Of a stretch of DNA of 37,461 bases, positions 1 through 11,360 are shown piece after piece. Each line of letters starts with the position of its first letter. Positions within the stretch are counted from its first letter, which is position 1. The stretch spans positions 78,971,094-79,008,554 of the forward strand of contig NC_068991.1 of NCBI RefSeq assembly GCF_001194135.2, written 5' to 3'. The position numbers and the translations under genes are program-made. The notes under the pieces were generated by a model that was given only the letters and a program-made list of their open reading frames with translations, had not been told where the DNA came from and did no database searches. The stretch is from Octopus bimaculoides. Lineage: Eukaryota.

Positions 1-36
<36 letters not shown>
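1..36. repeat. (TG)n microsatellite, representative of many (CA)n/(TA)n/(GA)n tracts in the window
   Basis: Read directly. Similar tracts occur at e.g. 15758-15806, 18100-18132, 18715-18768, 29452-29512, 30843-30886 and 36720-36766. Confidence 0.95.
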
Positions 37-40
<4 letters not shown>

Positions 41-867
41 CATACATACATATATATATATATATTATATTTCTATATATATATATGTATACACACATAC
101 ATACACATACACTCATAACAGAGAACAAAAACTACTCATGCATACATGTTACGTATTTTCTTTTAAGTTAATTATAAAGATACAAAAATGACTGGAAATA
201 ATGGAGATAATAATAATATAATTGAAAGTAAAAGAATAAATAAAATAAACAAGAAAGTAATAATTGATAAGAATGTTACTTTTCGTATTTTGCTAGAGAG
301 CTCTCCGGAGATAAGAACGAGTCTGGCTGTGAACATTTTTCTTCAATTTGCAAAATAATTGAATAAATATAAAACATAATACACAAGGAATATCTTTAGA
401 TGAAGGAATAACACCTATTATATCTACTTAAATTCATTCTATCCTTTATCTATTCGCGTCCAAATATATTTTGCATAAAATATATTCATAAGAAAATATG
501 TAGTGTTTTCTAATTTTCTCGTTTTTTGGACACTTCAAAAGATTTTTTTCTCATAATTTTCAAAATTTTATTTACTCTCCACTTACTATAATGTAGCAAG
601 ACATTGGCAAATGAATATCAAAACGTGGTTACTGTTACTGTCATCTTAGTCTGTGATAGCTAATTGTTTGGTTTCCTCTGAAGAATACTTCAAAAGACGA
701 ATCCTTATTGAATATAAACTCTCAATATAAACAACCGCTTTAATACGATGACTAAAAATATTATGGTATATTATTACAAAATACTATTGATATAGTGTAG
801 TCAAGTGATAGAACTGTTAGAGCATTGGAAAAAATACTCTGTGATATTTATTTAAAAAGGCTCATTA

Positions 868-940
868 CATTCTGAGTTCAAATTACGCCGATGTTATCAT
901 TTCATTTCATCTCTTCAGCATAATATAATGGAATCTACTT
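868..940 (+). mobile_element. Degenerate tRNA-derived SINE fragment (same family as 17174-17603)
   Basis: cattctgagttcaaattacgccgatgtt...tttcatctcttc aligns with the B-box/body gttctg(a/g)gttcaaattccgcggaggtcgactttgcctttcatcc of the copy at 17375. Confidence 0.6.
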
Positions 941-1671
941 TTCATTTCCGAAATGCAGTAGACTAGGTTTTTATATATTTTGGCTTGATATATCTTCAGA
1001 AATTCTGAATAAATTTATCTCTTTGAAAATTAAATGCAATGAAAATGTAGTTCATGCTATGTATATGATGTAGAAAAATACATGATATAATCACGTCCGC
1101 CTCAAGAATATTTGTAGAGGCTTGTTAATCAAGAGAGAAAATTACAGAGATATTTAGAAGCAATGAACCAGAATTACTATACTGATTGGTTTTTTTAAGT
1201 TCTTATTTTATTTAAAAATAAAACGAGATCTGTCTTGATAAGGCAACAATATATTTCTGCAAAAGACTCCTATTTCTGAAAGTCTATGCAGCGGTAAGCG
1301 ACTCCATAAGGAGATTGGATGTTAACTATATTTGTGTTTGTTGATAGATGTGTTGTAGCATAATTGGCGAGTGCTTACATTGTTAACAGAAGAAAAATAA
1401 AATAATATATAAAATGAAACAAAAAGGCAGAAACTTATTGAAAGGCGACAGACATCTTAAGTTCGGAATAACAATAAAAAGATTTTTTTTCTAGAAATGT
1501 TAATTTTCCGACATAGTGAGATGAAGCATTCGGTTATGTTTCTCAAACCATCTTGAATTAATTTATTCTTTTTGATCGACGACGAGCAAATAATATTCCA
1601 TGGTGTGATGATGTTTTGTTTTTGTCTTCTCGAGAGTGTACGAAATAATGTGGTGAGGCAGAAGTTATATA

Positions 1672-1869
1672 CTACATACCGTGGTTGGTTGCGGTAGTTA
1701 TCGTGGCACTACTGGTAGGAGCCCGCTTATAGGTGGCCGAGTTCATTATCAGCTTTCGTACGTTCTTCTCAGGATGGAAAAGAATAATGTACATTTTGGG
1801 GACGAAAAGGCAGAGAAGAGCCACTGAAGCACTCAAGCTTATTGAAATGCAGAGTGTGGTGATCTGAAT
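1672..1869 (-). CDS. mGluR: Exon of a metabotropic glutamate receptor (class C GPCR, group II / DmGluRA-like): TM7 plus proximal cytoplasmic tail
   Basis: Translation [54 protein letters not shown] closely matches the recalled Drosophila mGluRA TM7/C-tail ([49 protein letters not shown]). Minus-strand acceptor ...tatatttcag|ATT CAG (AG at 1871-1870, phase 0). The exon ends either at the donor CAC G|GTATGT (last exon base 1680) or at TAG 1674-1672. The ORF-track start at 1893 is intronic. Confidence 0.93.
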   Translation of the reverse strand: MQITTLCISISLSASVALLCLFVPKMYIILFHPEKNVRKLIMNSATYKRAPTSSATITTATNHGM

Positions 1870-2840
1870 CTGAAATATATACAAAAGATGCAACAGTTAG
1901 TAGGATGTCATACATTATACAGCAATCGATATTATATTAGCAACTAAAGGGTTAGCCTTTACACGACGAGTAACTTTGGAAGTATACTTTTGCTATCATG
2001 AGTACTACTAAGAAACATGGCGTACATACAATAATTGTAATTTAACTTTTATCAAATTTTATCCAAATTTTCAAAAGAAACATACGTATTGCCTTAAATA
2101 AAAATTTCTTATTTGTGTAACTCCTTCCATTATTAATCTAGCATTTACTCCTTCTTTCAATGATTCTTCCTCTTTCTTTTTCACTCTGTGCGCCTGTAGT
2201 TTCTTTACTCATTACTACAAGTTTGGTATGTGCGCTCATCTTGTACCATTTATGCCCTTACTTTGTACTTTTACTTTACTTTTTCTCTCCGTCGCCCTAT
2301 ACAATGTAAAGTGTGACTAGAGAAATGAACCCGCCAACCAACCAACCAACCATTCAGTCTTTATATCGGGTATTATTACATAGATGTCTGAAACGCTGTG
2401 TGGGAGAAGAACCGATGCTTCTAAATCCTTTTGTATTCGACATAGCATTCTCTACTTCCGGAGTGGAAAAAGACATGATATGATGAGTCAGAAGTTATAT
2501 AATGTGTGACGTTGCTAATAAAATAATTTTTCGTATTATTAACTTCACTTATAGAAATTATATATTTTCTGTATATTTACACCAACTCTACATGTCGACC
2601 AGTTGATTACCGATCATCATCGTGCAATTTAGACAAATATTCCGCGGTCGAATCTAGCCCGGTACTGTTCATATACGGGAATAAGATACCTGAGGAAACA
2701 CAGACTAATCGAATGTTGTGGCGGACGTCCCCAGGTGAGAAGTGGGCTGGTAGACAGACTCAGTGTCAATCAGTAAGGTATGCTGTTCGGGCCACTCACA
2801 CAGACGACGAAATACGTCGTCATAATGCGGGACATATCAG

Positions 2841-2853
2841 TGGCGACGAGGAT
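2841..2853 (+). promoter_or_regulatory. Primer binding site complementary to the tRNA-Ser(GCU) 3' end
   Basis: TGGCGACGAGGAT is the reverse complement of ...ATCCTCGTCG-CCA, the recalled metazoan tRNA-Ser(GCU) acceptor end. It sits at the canonical position after the LTR-terminal CA. Confidence 0.8.
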
Positions 2854-3181
2854 TCTAACCTACGCAGTGAAAAATATCAATGGCAACGAGGATTTGGAGC
2901 TCACGCAGTAGAAGAATGTTAAAAATCCCAAAGTGGGATTTGAATTTCACAATGAAAAGTAATATACACAGTGAGAGTCCGTGCGAAGGATTTAAGTCAG
3001 GTCGCTAAGTGTTAGTAGCACTACCGGTAGACAATATAGACTGGTACTACCTGCACCAGTTTGAAGATATTTACTTTGAAAATATATATATAATTCTAAA
3101 TAAGAAGAAAAAAAAATTCTCGTTAGAAGAAAAAGAAATGTAAAACATATAATGTTGTGTTGAAAGTCGAAAAAATTTCTC

Positions 3182-3194
3182 AAAGGCGGGGAGG
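3182..3194 (+). promoter_or_regulatory. Polypurine tract of the TRIM
   Basis: AAAGGCGGGGAGG (12/13 purines) immediately precedes the TG of the 3' LTR. Confidence 0.8.
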
Positions 3195-4329
3195 TGTTGT
3201 AGCAGACGTCCTCATGTGAGAAGTGGTCTGGTCCACTACTAATAAATAGTGGACAGACTTAGTAAGTAGTGTCAGTCATTGAAGTACGCTGTTGGGGCCA
3301 GTCACGCAGACGACGAAATACGTCGTTATAATGCGGGACATATAATCGAAACACAGATTCTATATATCAAGCAAGCCTTCTTTTGTAGAATGAACACCCG
3401 AACAAAATCGATCTTCCCATCATCCCGTCTGTTTAGAAAATATGAACGGACAGAATATGAACCTGGCTGAAAACTTAAAACCTAGTCCGCTAAAACCCTA
3501 TACGACCGTAGCCTGATAACTAAAATAATAAAACCATACAATGCACCATTGATAATCTAACTCCAGTCATTATTACCACTGGGTCAATGAAACACATGAG
3601 TTGCCTACCAGGCTTTTTGCAGCTAATAAACAGATTCATTCTGCTTGACATGGCTATTGCATTCTCATTTGAACTATGCACTTCTCAGTTCCATGAGAAT
3701 ATTCTATATCTATCTGTACATATATAAACATTGACATACGCACACACACGCGCGCACTCACACCTTGTAGATATGTGCACACATAAAGTTACCTTTTTAT
3801 AGATTCGGCTCCACTTTCGTACAATAAAGTAATACCATAAAGTCTATTTGGAATTTCAAGAAGGTATAACAGTTATACGATATATTATTTATAGTATATA
3901 TCCTTTAGGCATTAGTTGCCTAATATCCAGCAGGTTTCAGAAAATTTCGAAACATGTTTTTGTCTTTACTAAGTTTTTCACTTATTTAATACATAAACTT
4001 TCTTTCCTCTCGAGAATGACTAAATTTATCCGCAGAAAAAGTTGAATTGTTAGCCCAAAGCTAACATATTGCAAACAGAATTTCAAAAGTTTCACGTTTA
4101 CACCAACACGTTGCTTAAGAAGTAAATTTGCAAAGTTTGTAAAGATTTGCTTTATTCCCAGTGGTTAACTTGTTTACTCACCAGAATTATTGGAAATGTT
4201 CTTATTTTATTTTCTCACACTTGCGTGGGAAAGAAGATCTCTATCATATATAAAGATTACTTGTTGACGGAGCGTTAGTACAACTGGGTTTTTAGTTCAA
4301 GAAAAGAAAACGTTTATATATATCACTGA

Positions 4330-4420
4330 ATCAGTCCAACTATATTTCTATTGTTAACTAATATACTCCAGGGTTGATTAAAAACTAAAGCCGACCTCGG
4401 GAGAGTTTGAACTTATGAAA
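4330..4420 (-). mobile_element. Degenerate SINE fragment, reverse orientation
   Basis: aaagccgacctcgggagagtttgaact is the reverse complement of the SINE core agttcaaattccgc.gaggtcgacttt seen at 17450-17477. Confidence 0.55.
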
Positions 4421-6720
4421 TAGAAAGAGGTGAAAAGCTAGGAAAATAGTTTTCTTATATCTTTTCGGTCCATTAGTGTTCTCCGTCGATTGAAATAATC
4501 GCTCGGGTTTGGACTAAGTAACCTGAATTACTTTGTCCTCTGTCTTGGTTAGAGAACCACTACAAGGTCCAGTCCTAGTTGTGGTGTAGTAGATTGTGTG
4601 TTTCAATGACCCTGAGAGATTTACCAGCGAAGTACAAGATCCTGTTAGAGCCTCCCATGTAGAGAAATTCAAAGGGCAAAATGACAGAAGCATGAATGAT
4701 AATTAAAAGCCAACAAGTATTTGAAGTGGAAGATCTTCTTTCAAGTAAATATATGACGCAATGCATCAAAACCTCAAAGGATGGGTGGAGGCGGAAAAAC
4801 GGGGCAGAGCAGAAAAAGGAGAGATCCAAATAGAGAGAAGCAGAATATGCAGTCCAGCGTCTAGAACAGTGAAGAAAACATGGTAATATTTTACGTCCCG
4901 TGGGGTATCAAAGTGCTGAAATTAGTATGTTGGTTCGATAAAGCATCAGTTAAGTACCGAAATGAAGTCACTGACTAATTAGCCTCATGGAACTTTTGGC
5001 TTTAATCCTGTATTAAAATCTATAATTGTTCTTATACAGGTAATAGATTTTGCAAGGTGATATTTATAGTCAAGTGTATTTTCTAGTATATCAAACTATT
5101 GGCTTGGACGTTGTCAATACGTGTTTCTCTTCGGTACTAAGATGGGCGATATTCTTTAATACTAAAGTGTGATAAATTGCTTGGCGGCAACTGACGGACA
5201 GCACACACTTCATACAATTTCCACAATCTATCCATAGAAACCTTCTCAAATGTTCTGGCATCTGTTTAAATGTCTAAGTCAATGTAAAATAAAAATGATC
5301 TTCCTAGAAGCACAATTCAATGAAAAGGTATCAAAAGTTTTTGAATGCACGCTGTATTATAGAATAATGCTCTATCTACATAGAAAGTTCGCAATTCTTC
5401 AACAATTAGAGATATACGTATGGTAATTGTACACTTTATATTCTTAATGCTATTTTGGCGACTAAATATATTCGCAAGTTATCTCTACAACCTCCATCAT
5501 AAATTATCGTTACAACTTCCACAGTTTATCGTCTACGACGTTTACACTGTACCATGTTTGGTTGTATGTAACGTCTCCACAATATAATTGCACTTAACTT
5601 TAAAAGAAAATTGGATTGTAATTGTGAGTGTGTTTGTTTAAAACCTTTTCAAAAAATAACAACCAAAGTCTCGTATTTGTTTTAATATCTTACCATCTTA
5701 AAAATGGAAAGGTATTAGATAATGTAACCAAAGATACAATAAATGCGGTACATTTACGGCTGTAAAGACATGAATAGTGCGTCCGTTTCCGTAGGAAACA
5801 ACTCAACTCTATATTGACTCATCATTGCTCTGAGTATCAGAGTAGATATGCGATCTAAACTATGGAAAAACTTCGGCAGTAAATACATATTCACAACTAT
5901 TCAACATCTAATACAACATTTATTTCCACTAAGCATCCGCGATTTAATTGAATCTATAAAAAACTTCTGCGTCCAAAATAAGATTGTTTGAACAATTTTA
6001 CGAGACAGAAAACAAGAGTAACATAGATTTTTAAAATTAAAACAAGAACAGTAACAATATATAATTGCATTTCAATATTTTTAGTGAGTTTTGTCATCGC
6101 AGAAATAATGAAAAAAAAAAGAAATTACAAAATTTATTCGAATGATATCTCAAAATAAATAAAAAGTAAAAAAAAAAAAACGAAAAAGCTCTTCAAGATT
6201 TTTTTTTAATGTTTATAAACATTAAGAACTAGAAGTTATAAAAAGTAACTAAAAAAGCAAAAAAAAAAAAACAAGAATGAACTTTAGAAAAAAAGCAGAA
6301 AGGACATCAAGAAGATAATGCAAATAAGGAAAAGAAAACTCGAAATGATAATTTTAAATGGCGGATGTATAAAGTAACATTTGTTTTCGTTAAACACTGT
6401 AGAATATTTAGTCGTATGAATTGTGTTCATAATATAATTGCATTTCGTAATTACAGCAGAGGATTGGATTGTAACCGTGTGTTTGCTTAAAAAAATTAAT
6501 TTAATTAAATCTAATTTATCCAACTCAGAATAATTTAAGGTTTAGAAAATCTAATCAAGAATACTACCGTACGAGGTGTAAGAGTTATATTGGTGAAGAG
6601 TCCATAAAACGCCAATTTTCAATTTTTACAATAACAAAAGAACAAATCTAAAAATTCGCCCACTTTTTTGCGGTAAATTCTTCATTTATGTTCACTAGCT
6701 TTTTAAGTCTGTACTCCTAT

Positions 6721-6773
6721 TTCTAGTACATAAATTTCATAATCCTTCTAGTACATAAATTTCATAATCCTTC
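6721..6773. repeat. Perfect 25-bp tandem duplication (TTCTAGTACATAAATTTCATAATCC)x2
   Basis: Read directly at 6721-6745 and 6746-6770, followed by a partial TTC. Confidence 0.9.
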
Positions 6774-8867
6774 GAGTGGAAAGTGTTGTGCTATCGAGAT
6801 TGGTTTATCTAACTCTCTCCATTCACATTAACCTAACACAGGATATTACTTCTCTCCTTTTTATTCTGCTTCTTTAGTCTCTGCACCCACCACTTTTCAT
6901 TCTTGCCACCTAAGAGTGTCAACCATTTTGTCATTATTTACATAATTTACATTATTTACATTTTACTGTAGTACCGTGGTTTAGTCTTCTATGGCATTTC
7001 TTTTTCTGAATTACTTGATGTGTAGAACGTTTGAGTGTTACGATTCACTGATGGCTTTTGACATCAAATATTACCACAAGTAATTCATGCTTTCATGTAG
7101 AAGAGTTAAAGACAAATTTAGAGGGACTCATTTATTCAAAGTTAATTTCTGAATTCAGTTATAGAAGTTGATCACTCAGAGATCCGCTTCATAATAATAA
7201 GTATTACGTACCGTGGTACTTTGTCATATCTGGGTGGACATAGGCAACTCGAGTTTGTCTTGACAATTAACTTATAGCTAATATGCTGAGTCATGACACC
7301 TTCTTCAAGTTGCAATGAGGTGAAATCACCGGCTGAGTCAGGTTTTGTTACCCAAGAGAAAGAGTACGTAAACTACTGAAATATCAGTTGCTCCTTAAAA
7401 GGTTTCTTACGAACCTACAGTAGCAGTAAATTCCAGGTTTCTTGGATCAGAATCATTTCTTTACTCAGTTTGATAAGAATAGAGATTGCAATCGGCAGGA
7501 ATAAATCCCGTTTCTCAGCATCTCACTACTCTTCAGGGCAACGCATTCACTATTTTGTTTGATGGGAGTCGGCAACATTTGCACTGCTCACTGTTAATAT
7601 TTCTTCATAAATTTGTATAAATTACCAAATAATTAGATAGACTAGTAAAAGTTAGATATTGGTTTAAAGAGGTATTGCAGAAACCGCTGTCGACAAGAAC
7701 GTAATACGAATGACTCACAAGCCCAGTGTCTGGTAAACAGACAATGATAATGGCACAGAGAAGTGGGGCCACATGAGACATGGCTCATTATCGGGTGAGC
7801 CGCATTATTAAAAAGTTTAAAGTACGTGTTCGTCTGTGTTCCATTCAAACAGCTCTGCGGGTCGCAGTTTGTACGTGATTGCTCTATGTGGCCTCTGCCA
7901 TTATAGAAATAACAATCAAATGTCCCTGTAATCACCAAAAGTTCCTGAAATGTGAGGTTCATGGTTGGAATTCAGTTGATCAAATACATACTTTTTATGG
8001 TTGATCTGCAGCTAAAAACATCGTTTATTTGAAAAAGTAGAAACGAATTGACTAAATATTTCGTACAAAATCATTTAATCAAGTGAGAGACTGTTATTAA
8101 ATCAGTATTTCAGAGGGAATATCAATATTGATAACATGCCACTGATTACGAGTATGTAAGATGAAACATTTCTAGCTACTGGCACTCAGTCTTAGGTCAA
8201 AATATCTCATAGATGTAACAAGACATTGTACCACCTTCAAACTTACTCATAAAGCTGTACGTTCACTTTATGCTTTACTTCCATGATATAACTCATATCT
8301 AATTTCTGTATTGATTTTTATATTGTCATGAATTTAATGAAGCGTTTATATTCATATAAATATTAATAAATAATGCCACAATAGCTGAAACTAATCTTAA
8401 TCTCAACGACATCTTGAAAGCCGCTTATTAAATTTATTCATTTGCTTTACTCTACGTACTCTCTTTAGTTTGACAAAAAGCGTCATAAAATATATGGAGG
8501 TCACTATACTCTTTCCTTATCTTTAACGAGTTACATAAACAAGCTCTGTACTTGCGAATATTCCCAGAGGTAATATGTTTGATTATCAATTCGCAATTTG
8601 ATCTAAGAGAAAATCTAATCAACTTACTATTCAGAGATCTAACACTCTGTTTATTTAACACGTTCTAAACAAGGCACTTTCAAGATTTGAATTTGGCTTA
8701 ATCGAACTTCAATTTGGAATTAGACGTAATTAAATTATCTTTGGTAGATTTAAATTAATTAACAATTAAAATTACATATACATACATGCATGCATACATA
8801 TATATATATATATATATATTTGTGTACACACATACATGGATAGATACATATATACATNNNNNNNNNN

Positions 8868-8905
<38 letters not shown>

Positions 8906-10258
8906 GTACATGCATACACACACGCTTGCTCTGAGAAAGCATGTTTTAAGCATCGATAGCCAATTATCATACTCTAGATTTGGGTACATAAAAACATGCA
9001 TTATTGAATATGCTTGTAAGAATCGATATATAATAATTTAATTTTGAATAGAGTTAAGTATATGAATTCTGCCTCGAGGATGTTGAATATCAATTTAATT
9101 GGTTATATATTAGCATGGAGTAGCGCCAGAAAATAAAAAAGAAATATGCAGGAATTATATATAGATATATCAAGAGTTATCGTAAATAATAATGACATAG
9201 AATTTATTGGAAATGTCCTTAATAATTGTCACAGAATGAGATGAGCTCAATAGAAAATGAAAAAGTGTAGCGGATTTCAGGATAATCTTGTTATTTCCCT
9301 GTTCAAAAGATTTTTAAGAATTGACGAATTGACAAACTTTTAAAACTTTCATACACAATGCTTTGCGTAGAATATTCACAAGATACTAGTAGTATCAGAG
9401 AGATCATTTTGGAATTCTATAAATGTTGAGGAGTGAGTAGGAGTGAGATTGAGAGAGAGAGTGAGAGAGAGAGACGGGGGGAGAGATAGTGAGAAAGGGA
9501 GAGAAAAAAACAGAGTGCGGGATATCGACAAGACTGAAAAAAGACGTGCAGAGGTAGACATATCAAGGAATTTGGATTGACAGTGATTCAAAGGATTATG
9601 TTCCAACATGTATTTCCTTTGCAAGGACTGATAAAAGCTCCTGAGAGTTTGCGAATTTTGCTACGAAAATACCAGTTACCACTCCTTTATATCTGTCTGT
9701 TTTTAAGTCTCTCTCACTCTCTCTCTCTCTCTCTCTCTCTCAGTAGCAAGGAGAGAAAATAAAGAATGTGTAGTGGCTAGCGATCTATCATGGTGAAAAA
9801 CGTTGGTAAAACATAGTTTCCATTAGATGCACTCACATTTCAGATGACTGTACACCATCAACTAGTATTCTTTAATAAAATATAAATGAACAATACTAAA
9901 GCAAACTACAAAATAATTTAACGTTGAGAATAGAAATAGAGATGGTGATTGGTTTAAATAATATAGCTAAAGTTATCTACATAATGAAATAGCAGCGGAA
10001 TTAATTTATTCATAACGTAATTTAATGCAATGTAGAGTCTCTTTTAAAATAGCAGACTCTTTCGTATTTTTCATTGTATTGATTTTTTTTTACTTTGTTT
10101 TATTATATTTGTAAGAATTTATTAAAATGTCTTGAAGTAAAGTAATAAATAAAAGGCAACATATTCACCAAGTGATGCTTGCATAAAATTTCTTAGCAAA
10201 AGTTCGCAACCCATCCTCTAATTTTGTTCAATCGTAATATATGGAATAAACCGCTGCC

Positions 10259-10309
<51 letters not shown>
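10259..10309. repeat. (TCTA)n microsatellite
   Basis: Read directly. Confidence 0.95.
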
Positions 10310-10462
10310 CTTTCTTTCCACACACGCGCACACACATGGAAAATGGACTTGAGACAGTAATTTGCAATCCCTTCAGTAATTAAAAATAAGCTCTAACTCG
10401 AAGCATCGATTCGTTGTCGATAAGTAAATTGCACAAGTGTAATTATTGGTGTAAAGATAATT

Positions 10463-10500
10463 TGCACGTGTAGCTGCACGTGTAGCTGCACGTGTAGCTG
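10463..10500. repeat. 12-bp tandem repeat (TGCACGTGTAGC)x3, each unit containing the E-box CACGTG
   Basis: Read directly: units at 10463, 10475 and 10487. Confidence 0.9.
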
Positions 10501-11047
10501 CTGGTGATGTGACCCCATCCGGTGGCCACTCGACAGTCTTCGAGCAAGTCTAGCCTGTAAAATAAACGATAGCCCATGAGATAAATGTGGTTCTAAAGAG
10601 ACCTGACTTCCTATTACAATGCCTATCAGAACAATCTAATTTCTAGTTAGCCAGTCCCATGAGCGAGTAATTTAATTTCTTTTCTTCTTTATTATGCGTC
10701 CCAAATGTACAAACACACACATACGCCAACTTGTTCATATACGCTCACTCACACACCCACACATGCATATTCGTATATGTATGTTTGTATTTGAAATAAG
10801 TTTAAAATTCCTCACTAAATGCTATTATGTTAATGGCCAGTTTAACCACGAAACATGCAGTGAATATAGTAGGAAAAGTAAAATGTAATGTGACAAATTT
10901 CCATTAAACTTTTTAAACTATTTGCACATCTACACTAGCATTCTATTACACACACTCAGACAACGTGAACGAAATCAAGCGCTCACAGACACAAGCATAC
11001 ATCTGTATCCATGCAAGTACACACTCCCTCATACACGCACATACATA

Positions 11048-11294
11048 TTGGGTTGGTGCATAATTATTGCGGCTTTTTTTCAACAAATTTTATTCAACAA
11101 AACAATAACAATATTTAACAAAAACATCTTTAAATGACAGTCTGACCGTCTGCCAAGCCAATCGGAAGCGGCAATTGAAGTAGATGGTGAATATGCTCTG
11201 GAATAAACATTTAAAGATGTTTTTGTTACATGTTATTGTTTTTGTTGGGTAATATTTGTTGAAAAAAAGCCGCAATAATTATGCATCAACCCAA
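11048..11294 (+). mobile_element. Mariner-derived MITE (247 bp) with about 88-bp imperfect terminal inverted repeats
   Basis: Left end TTGGGTTGGTGCATAATTATTGCGGCTTTTTTTCAACAAAT; right end ATTTGTTGAAAAAAAGCCGCAATAATTATGCATCAACCCAA. Flanked by TA (11046-47, 11295-96). The termini resemble Hsmar1/MADE1 (TTAGGTTGGTGCAAAAGTAATTGCGG). The spacer encodes AAIEVDGEYALE*, like the mariner transposase C-terminus. Confidence 0.9.
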
Positions 11295-11328
11295 TATATA
11301 TANNNNNNNNNNNNNNNNNNNNNNNNNN

Positions 11329-11360
<32 letters not shown>

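Larger units (their letters stand above)
2714..3345 (+). mobile_element. Complete miniature non-autonomous LTR retrotransposon (TRIM-like), 632 bp
   Basis: 5' LTR 2714-2839 (TGTTGT...ATATCA) and 3' LTR 3195-3345 (TGTTGT...ATATAA). Manual alignment gives 17 substitutions in 126 aligned nt plus 18-nt and 7-nt indels. 5-bp TSD TCGAA at 2709-2713 and 3346-3350. PBS TGGCGACGAGGAT starts 1 nt after the 5' LTR. PPT AAAGGCGGGGAGG abuts the 3' LTR. The 355-bp internal region has no gag/pol-like ORF. Confidence 0.88.

Noticed and set aside
1872-1893. N-terminal MHLLYIFQ of ORF 1672-1893
   Set aside because: This is the intronic polypyrimidine tract and acceptor; homology begins at IQITT after the AG.
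2783-2794. CTGTTCGGGCCA in the 5' LTR resembles the tRNA-Lys(UUU) 3' end
   Set aside because: Only a 10-nt match, not conserved in the 3' LTR (CTGTTGGGGCCA); likely chance.
2713-3470. Similar ORFs 2713-2922 and 3279-3470 (YAVxAxHxDDEIRRxNAGHI)
   Set aside because: The similarity is explained by the two LTR copies; there is no protein family resemblance.
4560-4900. Purine-rich, GC-richer block with ORF 4575-4829
   Set aside because: No recognisable motif in any frame I translated; possibly an old TE but unsupported.
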